Assembly (NCBI RefSeq): GCF_009914755.1
Contig: NC_060925.1
Source: the human T2T-CHM13v2.0 reference genome, Homo sapiens
Reading direction: 5' to 3' (one strand)
DNA length: 64,000 nt
The notes under the pieces were generated by a model that saw nothing but the letters and a program-made list of their open reading frames with translations, was not told the DNA's origin and searched no databases. Shown here piece by piece: positions 51,696 through 64,000 of the stretch. Position numbers and translations under genes: made by a program. The stretch's first letter is position 1, and each line of letters begins with the position of its first letter.

Positions 51696-52212
51696 TAATC
51701 ATGGTTTTAAAATGGTTGTTAGTCTGTGTTAGTGTCAAGGTCATCGGAAAAAAGATGTACACATTTATCCCAGCAAACTTACAGGAAGTATTCCCCATGT
51801 CCAGTCTTTAGGAGCAGCCATGTCTAAAAAAGAAGCCCTTAGTTACTGTTCTATATTATACCTATTTTATTTTTGAATATTTTCAAATGATTATTTATAG
51901 CTCGCATGCAAGAGCTATTTGAACAAATTCCTGCATTTTAATCACACAAGTTCAGAGTTCTATGTTGTATTTTTTTTAATCTTCAGAGATATATGATGCT
52001 GGTGGGTTTCAAAGGTCCAAACTAATCTGCACAGTTGGGATGCTATGTGCAATCCAAAGATCATGAAATTAATGAGGTCAACTTTAAAAGGGCTAAATTT
52101 TCTTGAACTGGTTTGATTTGAGCAAAAAGAACTCGTTTGCATGTAGTCTTAAAACATTTTTATTAGAGCTATTTAATTTTATGACACTGGTCTAAAAGCC
52201 AGGGGGAGTTTT

Positions 52213-52228
52213 CCTCTCTCTCTCTATC

Positions 52229-52267
<39 letters not shown>

Positions 52268-52279
52268 CTTATTCTCTCT
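52213..52279 (+). repeat. (CT)n microsatellite
   Basis: Read directly. Confidence 0.92.
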
Positions 52280-52799
52280 ATGTTTAAATTTAGGATCTGA
52301 TTTATTTATAATTTATTTCCAAACCCTTTTCTATTAGAATGCTCAAATTTAAAGGCTGTTTGAAAATTAAGGATTAGTTTTGAATGTTGAAATCAGCATG
52401 AACTCCAATGCAAACTTTCTGTACACATGCTACATGTTCATTAGCTTCCAAACTTATTTTAGAAGCTCCTACTATGTGCATTTCAAATTTTCACCTCTTC
52501 AAGTATGACACTACAAATAAATAAAATTATTATTTCTGACTTAGGTAGCAAAATATATTGGGTTTAATTTTATTTCCATAAATTTGAAGAATAGATTGTT
52601 TCAGTTCTCTTATTATTAGTGTTAAGCTAGTCCTCCATGACATCTAATGAAATGATTAATTAGAAAATCATTTGGAACAGTATAAAGAAATATGCATTTG
52701 TTACAAATATTTGTATTGCTATTAATCATAACAATAATAAAAAAAGTACACCATTATAATCATAGCCCTTCCCCAGCCTCTGTTCTTTGCCTGTCATTC

Positions 52800-55400
52800 T
52801 TCTATTGCTAAAGTCAACAAAAAATGTTTGGGCACTTACTGTAATTTTAGGCACTTAGAAATAAAGTAGAAGACATTAGAATTACCCTGAAGTAACTTAA
52901 AATCTAATTGGGAAGCTATAATACACATACATACACACAAGAGCTTCCGAAAAATCATATATGTATGTGATTAAAAGTCAGAATTAATATAGTATACTGT
53001 ATTACGTGGGGTAGACACTGAATGTCACATGAAGGCTGAAATATTTTTAGATGAGTAATTGGGGAATCTTTCGCAGGAGGCAACTTTTTGGCTGGCCTTA
53101 ACATTTGGGTGGAATCTCAGGTATGGGATAGTGTGTACTTGTACACAGTGGTGGTGGGATGGGGGCTATATTTCAGGAAGAGAAACAGTGGGGTCAAAGG
53201 TACTAAACTCTACAAACAATTTTTAAGGGACAACAAGGAGATAACCTGGATGTTCCAAGCTAAGAAGTGTGGGTTTTATTTGATAATTAATTAGAAGTTG
53301 TATTAGTCCATTTTCATACTACTATAAAGAACTGCCCAAGACTGGGTAATTCATAAAGGAAAGAGGTTTAATTGGCTCACAGTTCAATATTGCTGAGGAG
53401 GCCTCAGAAAACTTACAATCATGGCAGAAGGTGAAGGGTAAGCAAGGCGCCTTCTTCACCAGGCGGCAGGAAGAAGTGCCAACTGAAGTTGGGAAGAGAC
53501 CCTCATAAAACCATCAGGTCTCCCGAGAACTCACTACCACAAGAATAGAATGGGGAAAACCACCCCCATGATTAAATTACCTCCACCTGGTCTCTTCTTT
53601 GACAGGTGGGGATTATGGGGATTACAATTCAAGATTCGAGTTGGGTGGGGACACAAAATCTAACCATATCATTCTGCCCCTGGCCCCTGCCAAATCTCAT
53701 GACTCTTTCATATTTCAAAACCAATCATGCCTTCCCAACAGTCCCCCAAAGTCTTAATTCATTCCAGCATTAACCCCAAAGTCTCATCTGAAACAAGGCA
53801 AGTTCTTTCCACATACGAGCCTGTAAAATCAAAAGCAAGTTAGTTACTTCCTAAATACAATGGGGCTACAGGCATTGGGTAAAGGCTTTCACTCCAAAAG
53901 GGAGAAACTGGCCAAAACAAAGGGGCTACAGGCCCCATGCAAGTCCAAAATCCAACAAGGCAGTCATTAAACCTTAAAGTTCCAAAATAATCTCCTCTGA
54001 CTCCATGTCTCACATCCACCATCTTGGCGATTAACATTTGGCTTCTCGTTACTTATGCAAAGTTCTGCAGCTTGCAGCCGGCTTGAATTTCTCCTCAGAA
54101 AATGGGTTTTTCTTTTCTATCACACCAGCAGGCTGCAAATTTTCCAAACTTTTAGGCTCTGCTTCCCTTTTAAACATAAGTTCAATTCCAAACCATCTTT
54201 CTGTGAATATCAGAAGTGTTAAAAGATTTTTGTATTAAGAGCATATAGGTACAAACTATAATTCTTAGATGTTTAATCTGACAGTATTATAAGAAAATGG
54301 ATTAGAGGAAGGGGAATCAAATTTTGACTTTTGCAATAGACTAAACCTAGAGTGATGAAGACCTAGACCACAATGTTATCAATAGAAGTTGAAAAAAAAA
54401 AAAAGGACAACCAGGAGAGATGTTTTATCTCAAAGATGCTTGATAACGGCTGATTATACAGTATGAGGCTGAAGGGAAAAACAAAGATGGCAAGGCTTAA
54501 AGGCTGGGTGTCAGAAAGAATGCTCTACCATTTATTCATTTATCCAAGAATTTTATTCTTTCAACAAATGTCTGTTGAGGGCACATTATTTGCCATATAG
54601 TCTACAAGGGCATGGGGGTCCAATGGAGCTTAAAATTTTCCAAGGAAGATAGACATTAATCAGTTAAAGAAAGAAATAATAAGGATGTTTGTGTGTGAGA
54701 GTTAAGAAAGGAATTGCTTCTGGCTAGGGAATTGGTTAACAGTACTGAATGTTGCTTAGCAGCTAAAAAATACCTGCCATGGGATTTAGTTACATGATGG
54801 GCATTGGTCGCCTTGGAGAAAGTAATTTGAAAAAAGGAAAAGGAATAAAATCCAAATTATTGTCCAATGAGAAGTGAGTGGGAGATGAAAAACTAGAGTA
54901 TTAATATATACAATTCCATGTGAAACATTTGGCAGTTGGCAGACTAATAAAAACAAATTTTGAAAGGAAGAAATATTTTGTCATTGTTATTGTTCAGAAA
55001 GAGAGAGAGTGTGTGTGGTTCGTTTTTAAAGAAACAATGATAAGTTAGTCTTAACCAACTTTTGTGAGGAGATGGCAGACACTTATAATGAAAAGATTCA
55101 AGAAAAGAAAGAGAGAGGACAGGGCTGGAGAAATTGATTAATCATCTTAGTGGTGAGAATCAATGTTCTACATGAGTTTTGTCTAAAGAGAGACCAAAGA
55201 AGGAAAAGGAACCCAACATTAAGCCTTGGTGACATTTTATTTATAAGAAGGAGAAACTAGAGCTGAATCTTGAGTCTAGAAATGAAGACATAGAAGAGTA
55301 GTCCAATGCGGAGGTAGAGCAATAAGGTTAAAACCAAGGAAAGAGTGAGTTTTAGAGAGAAGGAAGACTTCCAGAGCAACATGTAGAAACTGTTAGGTTG
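52800..55400 (-). mobile_element. Patchwork of L2 remnants, interrupted by THE1D
   Basis: caacaaaaaatgtttgggcacttactgt; ttcaacaaatgtctgttgagggcacatta; gaagtgagtgggagatgaaaaactagag. Confidence 0.55.
53299..54212 (-). mobile_element. THE1D provirus with two deletions (LTR 53299-53671, partial internal, 6-nt stub of the other LTR)
   Basis: THE1D LTR sequence; internal junction at ~54018; ends atatca; TSD gaagt at 53294-53298 and 54213-54217. Confidence 0.9.
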
Positions 55401-55479
55401 TGCTCTATTTGCCATTACCACCACTCAAGAACTATTTATTCAAGTTAAATAAAAGATTTTCTTGTTAGTATATTTTAGA

Positions 55480-57835
55480 AATGTGGATGACACACTCTCC
55501 TGCTGTCTTATCCAGAATGGGTTTTGAAAAAAAAATTATGATAGAAAGTAAAATATGACTCCAAATCTCCCCAACCAGAAATGATCATCAATAATTTTAG
55601 GTAAAAGTAATTTCAGCCATCTCTTTATATCTGTACATAGGTAGAAGATTATAAGGATGTATAAAATTAGAGCTGAATGCTAGAGAACTTATTATCTAAC
55701 AAGACCAATGAGGCTTGATTCTTAGGCAGCTAGGTATAGATAGATACAAATGCTTTAAATAATGATTTTGGAAGAATGGAATTATATCATACAGCTGTTT
55801 TTATATGAATATAAAATTCAATTTTTTAATTTAAGAGGGGTAATGCTAGAGTTTACATAAATGTTTCTTCAATAAAGAGATATTAGCTCCTAAAATTGTT
55901 CACTTATTTGAATAAAGGTTTAATTAAAATGTTTAAAAAGTTGTAATCCTATATTTTTAACTACAAATTTCAAATTTACACAAATCTATTGTACCCATCA
56001 TGGTAAATGAATAAACTAGTCTTGGGCTTTCTATTATCTCCCTTCCTATACCTTACGTGATTTTTCTCTATTTTTTTTTCTGTCGTCTACTTGATAGTAT
56101 GTATATTCCATCTTTTATCTGTAAGTCCCACTAGTTGGTCATAATTTTATGTCTTAATAAATTCAGGGCTTACTTTCTTTATTTTTTTGATATTGTTTTT
56201 CTATTCTCAGGTACACTTTGATTCACTTTCTGGCTGGCAATATACAGCCAGTAGTTTTAAAAACAAATCGTTGTTGTTTCATTTCTTGAATTTTTCCATA
56301 CATGAGGTGGTCTACCTATTGTCATTATACTTACAGGACAAGTGGGCTGGGTATAATATCTTGTGCCACAATATCTTTTTCTTAAAACTTTAACGTGATT
56401 TCCATTGTCTTCTATCATTGATTTCTGTTATAGGAGTTTGGGAAAAGTATGATTTTTAACCTGTTTTATTCCAGTTTGTTTAAATGATTTTTTCATTGAC
56501 ATTGAAATTCCATAGTTTTACCAAGTTTGGCATTGATATTTCTGCATCTTTTTTTTTCCTAGGACATAAAATACCTTTTTGAGCTATAAATAGAAGTCTT
56601 TATTTTGTTCAATAACATTTTCTTAAAATATATTTGAATGTTTTTCTTCTTTTTGCCCTATTGTTCTCCTCTCCAGGAATATGAAATACGTTAAAATTAG
56701 ATTTTTTTGCATTCTCTCTCATCTGGTTGATTACTATTTTTACATCCTTGTTATTTGTCACCTGATTTTGTGTTTACACCATTAAAACCCCCATATCTTT
56801 GGCTATGCATTCAGTCACTTTTACTATATTTTAAATTGATTTACAGTATGGCTTTATTTTCAATATGTTTATCTTTCATTTCTTTTCTGAGCACTAACAG
56901 CTTGTTTTTAACTTTCTTCTATTGTATTATATGTTCACATATTTGTGCCTGTACATTTATTTTTGACTTATTTGAAAATAGAAACAAAGTTGTGTATCTA
57001 AATTCTTTTTGTAGTTTTGATGGTAAATATTTTTATGATATGTGTTTACTTAACTTTCCCTATGCTTGTGTCTATTTCCTTCATTTTCATCCATAGTTTA
57101 TGTATTGATTTCTAAGTTTTACTCAAGTTTGAGTGAGATTAGATATCTGCTGAAAAATAATACATAAAAGGGTTGGGGAGGATGAGTTATAAGATACAGA
57201 ATTCTAGAGTCTGGACTAAATTTGTGATCTCAAACACTCTCATACCAAACTATTTGTTTCCTTTTTCTTGAGTGCAGGACTATTTGCTATTCAAGTAGTC
57301 ACTGAGACTCACAGAAAATCATTTTATGTTAAATGTTCCCTAGGCTGCTGCTTCAACACCTGCCTTACTTTTGGCACTCACCCTTGCATAGCAGGGTAGG
57401 CTGCAGTTAATAGAACAGGGAGTATCAGTTTGGTTTTCACTTTGTTGCCACTTCCTCTTCCATTCTATGCTATTAAACTTGTGTTCTACAGGGATGATCT
57501 GCACTTTTCTGCAGCCACTGTACTCCCTGAATCTTATCATTTTTTATCAAAGAAGCATTATAAATGCCTTCCTGGACTGTAATATTTACTTTTAGACATT
57601 CTATATCCATCCATATTCAAGGAGGCAGGTGTTGGCTCTCAGCATCCTGCCCTGATTTGGTCCAGATTTTACATCATTTGGGGTAAATAGTTTGTAGTTT
57701 GAGATTACAGCTATTTCTTTGTTTCATTTTAGCTAGAATTTTTCTTTTTTTAACTTTCTTTTCATTATTTTTCACAGATTTCAGAAAACAAAAAGAATAA
57801 AAATGCCTCAGCACTGCCATCTTAAACCTGAAGTT
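55480..57835 (-). mobile_element. Ancient ORF1-only L1-like element (HAL1-like) or L1ME pieces
   Basis: Reverse L1M-type 5' end cagcactgccatcttaaacctgaagt (57810-57835); reverse ORF1 C-terminal pattern ggctgggtataatatcttg...tccattgtcttcta (56345-56415); L1ME-like 3' motif cccaaccagaaatgatcatc (~55570); no ORF2 seen between. Confidence 0.5.
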
Positions 57836-58900
57836 TGGGTGCATTGATTTAAAAGTGCTGCAACAATGGGGCACTTCGATAATTATGCAAAGAAGTACTG
57901 CATTATTGTGATTCCTTAAATAGTTTAGGAGGTTGAAAAAAGTACAATCCCAAATAAAGAAACTCTCCTTTTTGAAATTGGGACCTTTAAGGTGTGTAAC
58001 AGAGAAGTCAAGAGAAAGGACTGGCCTGGATGTAGAGCAAAAAAGTTATCCTTACATCATTAAAAAGTAAGAGAATATCAGATGGATTATTTCTAAAGCG
58101 ATACCTGTGAACTTTTAAAGTCATGTACCCTTTCATCTACTTGATTTTAAGTGCCTGTCCTAACACTATCTATTTCTTGTTATGAGGAGAAGAAAAGTTT
58201 CTGCCTGAAAGATTTTATCCCTTACAACCTACATTCTCACCCAGCCTGACCCTGCAGTGAAGTCAAAATGACAAATTCGTGACATCATAATAATTTTTTT
58301 TCTCCAGGAACAAACTGTGAAGCCATTAACACAGGATGGTGACTTCACTGCAGGATCAAACAGAGCAGCTGGCTAGGGAGGGAAGAGGGAGCATTCTTAT
58401 TCAAACACACATATATCTTCAATAATAACCAGGGAAATTCAGAAAATTACTGTCAAAGTAAATTGCATTTTGTATAAATGCCATCTCCTTTCAAGTTTGC
58501 CCCAGCATGATCATCCTTCTTTATTTAGTGGTGTTGCCCTTTTCTCCTTAGAGACCTTTAGCAAAGTCTCCTTTTATATTTCATGTATCTTTAAAATGAC
58601 TTAAATGAGTAGGAATGGGGCATGCCTGATATTTATTTTTAATTATTTACATAAATAAAGAGGTGTTCTTATTTTATGACAACTGCAGTTCTGAAAATAT
58701 CTTTTACCAAGTGAATTTAATGTTCAAGTTAGTCTAAAGCACTGAATAGGTAATAGCTACTCAGTGGTTAGTTCACCCAGCCAAAAACTGTACATTTTGA
58801 TTCACAAGAAATCCCTTGAGGTGACAATTATTTTTCAGTAATTATTATTTATATCTCTATTCTAATCTATGCTACACATGGTGAGGGATAAAAGGTAATA

Positions 58901-60134
<1,234 letters not shown>

Positions 60135-60267
60135 CATATGTTCTCTGTACTTAAGAGACAAGGTTAATATACATGACAAACTAAACAATAATGTAAGTAA
60201 ATATGAATACTACCAAACAGACCACACATGCCAGGAATTCAGTGGAGAATCTCATGAGCGTGAAGGA

Positions 60268-60497
60268 CATAGGGATTAAGAATCCAGGCTCTGAAGTGGG
60301 TCAGCCCAAGGCTCAAATCTCAACTCTGCAGCTTAACTGCTATATGACTTCGTTTCTCAAAGCTGTGATGTCCTCAGCTATAAAGTAGGTGAAATTGATA
60401 CCTATGTCACAGGGTGTGGTTGTGAAATGTAAATGAGTAATGCATGGAAGGCACATAGCAAAGTGTGTGACACAGCGAAAACCTTCAGAAAATGTAA
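60268..60497 (+). mobile_element. MIR
   Basis: gattaagaatccaggctctgaagt, ctcaaatctcaactctgca, gttgtgaaatgtaaatgagtaatgcatggaaggcacatagc. Confidence 0.8.
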
Positions 60498-60779
60498 AAA
60501 CAAAAGTGAGCCGCAACTTGAAATCAGTTTGCCCTTAGAATTTTAAGTCAAAACAAGATTTAAAAGCCAGAAATCTTAGATCATTATTTTGAGAATTCTC
60601 AGAAGGAAGTGATTGATAAGATGTATACAATATATTTGGGAAGCAAGATGTAAATTAACCTATAAAAGGAAAGACTCACAGAAAGCAGTGAAGAAAGATA
60701 GGGTGAAATTAGTAGACTGGGGTTAAACTCTGGGAAACATTGAATTCAGCCTACATTTAGAGTGGATCCTTTATTATAT

Positions 60780-61725
60780 TATTTATTCCATAATATTTAT
60801 TGAAAACTTACTCTTTTTCTGACAGTCATCTAATAACTGAGGATATACTAGTAACTGAGATGAATAAAGACCCTGTCTTTATGAATCTTATATGAAGTGA
60901 AGATATTGATGGCTCTGAATAAGGACATAATGTAATATAATTTATACTTTAGAAATATTAATTAGATAGTTATAATCAGAAGACATGGATGCATACAGGG
61001 ACCAGAGTTTTCTTGTGGAATGCTACTGTAAAGATGCAAGGTCAATGGAAGGAAATTCAGTATAAGACTAGAGACAGTGAGACTAGGAAGAAAGGTTTTA
61101 ATTTGAGAAAGACAGAAAAGAAAAATAATTGTAAGAATTAGAGACTGATTGAATGTGAAAATGTCGAAGTTCAGAGGAGATTCTATTCTTATTTTAAATG
61201 CAATAGAATATTCAGGTGAAAATTTAGTAGATAAATTCCATGGGTGGTTTGTGATTTCCCTCCTGCCTTCTTCTCTTTTCCCTTCTTTATTTCTTTCTTA
61301 CATTGTTTTTTGGAAGTTGTTTTCGTAGTAATGATGGTTGGAGGTGTGAGTGGATAAAATCTTTGAAGGTGATGTTAACAGATAAGAGACAAGGTGGGAA
61401 AATATCGCATCAGATATTCTGGAAAAGAAAAAAATAAAGCGGAATGGAAAACATAAAAGAAATAAAAATACATAGTTCATAATATTTCATAAATACCATG
61501 GGAGGAGTTTTGTGATAAAGTGGTCAATTGTGTTAAATGTACCCAAACATCAAGAAAAATGAGAACAAAGAAAGGACTGTTGTATGTGACAAATGAAGAG
61601 GTCAGTGGAAGTGATTTCAATGAGCAATCTCACTAGGGTGGCGAAAGAAATCATTAGATTGCGGAAAATGAAGGCAACAGACAGACCCCACTCATTCAAT
61701 AAGTTTGGCATTAAAAGAGAGAAGT
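60780..61725 (-). mobile_element. L2 remnants
   Basis: atatttattgaaaacttact...gaataaagaccctgtctttatgaatctta; gtggtcaattgtgttaaatg; aataagtttggcattaaaagagaga. Confidence 0.55.
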
Positions 61726-64000
61726 GTGTCTCAAGTGCCAAACAGATGAGTAAGTCACTAAGTCACTCTTCTCTTCCATTCCAGATGTTAACTGTAATCC
61801 CAACCAATCATTTCAGAAGTACCTGCTTTTGATTACTGGGAAAACTAGTGAGCAGAAGTAAATGGCTTGATGCAGATTCACCACCCATGAAAGAGAAGAA
61901 AAATACTTTGTAATGATGTCAAGTAATTACATTATCTTTGTAGTTACAGCATTCAATTAACATTTTTAATATTACACAAAATTCTGAAGCCCTTGAGGGA
62001 AAGGAACTATGTTTAGAAGAAAAAGTAAAAAAGACAACCTCTGCCTGCTACCTGCTGAAATACTCTCATCTGTACAGAATTCTAGGAGAATGTCTGCCCA
62101 TCCTATACAGATTTATGAATAAGCTTCTTTATTACCAGATATCTTTCCTTCTTGAGGATGACAGAAACCTACAGCTGTCAATAGCTAATAAGGTTAGTTT
62201 TCCTGCATCACAATCCACTCTACAGTGTGTTTTCCTTGTAAAATCCCAAGAGAAAGAAAAAACAAAAGCATAAGATACATATCTGCAGCCGACTGCAGTG
62301 AAGCTGTCAAATATCCAATCTGATATGTCCCTATCTCATGTCTGAATTAACTCATACAGTTCTGAGGCATTTCTGTCTGTCAAGGTGAGGCCATAAAAAC
62401 GTGCCACACTTATCACCCCTTTCAACTCCTATTATCCCAATGTGCATGCAGTCTGGCTTATTCCGATTTGCATTTCTTGATTAGATACAACCTACAGCAT
62501 TACTTCTGAAAACCCCAGCCCCTAATGATGGAGAATTAGAGACCCTGAAAGATGATCCATCCATCAAGTCACTGAATACTTATAGTCCAGGAAATTTTTT
62601 ATTGTACCAAAACTTATGCATATTCTGAGTCCCATAGAGAGAGACAGGCTGACTTTTGCTATTTCTTTTTGAATTTTGTATTATAACAATGAGAAGTCTT
62701 AAGAGTGCTTGTCGTTGCCTTAGTTTTCTCCCCTGTGTAGAGACTATAATGAAAGAATCGCTTCTACATGCAACACATTTCCCTCAAATATCTTACCTCT
62801 TGGTCACAGATTCATGTTTTCTATACTAGTGCAAAAGAAAGTCATGGCCTACACTAGCTCATGATCTTTTAAGAACAGAAATCATCATGAACATTCCTAT
62901 CACCATGAATTTATTTAAAGAAATGTTGGAATTGTAGCACATGACATTTCTCCTGCAGTTCAAATCCAGTTGGGAAAAAAATCATCCTGTAGAGAATATA
63001 TAAATGAAAAACATAAAACATAATCATCCTTATGAAATAAATTGGCTTCAATCTAATTATGATTAAATGTCTCTGTATCATCAGTGGCAGTCCAGTTGCC
63101 ATGTGAAATAGAGAAATAAAACTGGCAAAACTCACGGTGACCTCTCAGTTTAAGCTCAAAGTACACTAAGGTATCAAAAAGACCACAAAGAATGTGTCCC
63201 AAAGTCTCCTTTATGAAGACTTCACAGAGGCCCTTCACTAATCTCCTGGGAACTGCATTCAATATTAAAATATGTCCAAAATATGGTGACTCCCTCAGGG
63301 TGCTTACAGTTTTAAGAGGAAAACTTGCGCATGTAAAGTAACTAGATAATTACAAAGCAATGTGTAATGATAATTTGATGTTTTACATGTGCCCTTTATG
63401 TTTAGGGGAAATGGAACATAAGCGTGTACACAATGTCATAGGAAGAAAAGAGTTTTGGGTCCCACTTGAGAAAATGATAGAAATAAGTGGGTGAAGAGGA
63501 GGAGAAAGGAACAGAGATGAGAATGATGGTAACGTAAGAAAAAGATAAAGTAATAAAATATGAGCTGGGGCATGTCAATCAGGTTCCGTATTTTAATAAC
63601 AGCCAGGCATCAAACTAACCACTGGTAAGGACACAAAGTTACATGCCAAAAGTCACAGAGATGATTCAGAGATCATCAGAGACAGATCCTTTATATATGT
63701 ATAAAATATAGTATAATAATACACTTATAATGTCTATATAATGTGTTACAATAACGCCATAGAAGTGCTATAACAGCATTGGACCCATTATGGATATAGG
63801 GACACAAAAAGAACAGATTTTATGCCAGGAAAATACCGAATAGAGAGGCAATATGCTCAGAAAAAAATGTGGAAGAAAGCAGCTTATCAATTCACAAGTG
63901 ATTTGATAAAAATTCTTAAAATTTTAAAGAGAATTTACCACTTCAGAAGGCTCGTCTATGATTTCTTCAATGATAATGGTCGCTCAATCTATTTGCACGT

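Noticed and set aside
56187-57096. Hydrophobic ORFs resembling membrane proteins
   Set aside because: T-rich antisense of an old L1-like element, with non-ATG starts.

Overview
AT-rich, CpG-depleted primate (human-like) genomic DNA with no recognisable host protein-coding gene, RNA gene or CpG island. It reads as intergenic or deep-intronic sequence, roughly half of it interspersed repeat. Main elements: a full-length but dead L1PA7-type LINE-1 with a 15-bp TSD (2354-8786); a twin-primed, 5'-inverted L1 carrying an Alu (18912-23175); an Hsmar1 mariner broken by a solo LTR in its WVPHEL codons (26849-28324); a tail-less L1M 5' fragment that still has TSDs (28598-31202); one complete and one doubly deleted THE1 MaLR provirus; an internally deleted L1MB; a Tigger3-type transposon with an AluY; six Alus; and many MLT1, MIR, L2 and old L1 remnants. 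The ORF track is TE-derived, microsatellite-derived or chance. I found no convincing new biological system. The most unexplained structure is a 112-bp in-register palindrome in unique sequence (58247-58358) enclosing splice-like signals. There are also a few enhancer-like motif clusters and candidate small exons. Repeat subfamily names are from memory of consensus sequences and need RepeatMasker/Dfam confirmation.
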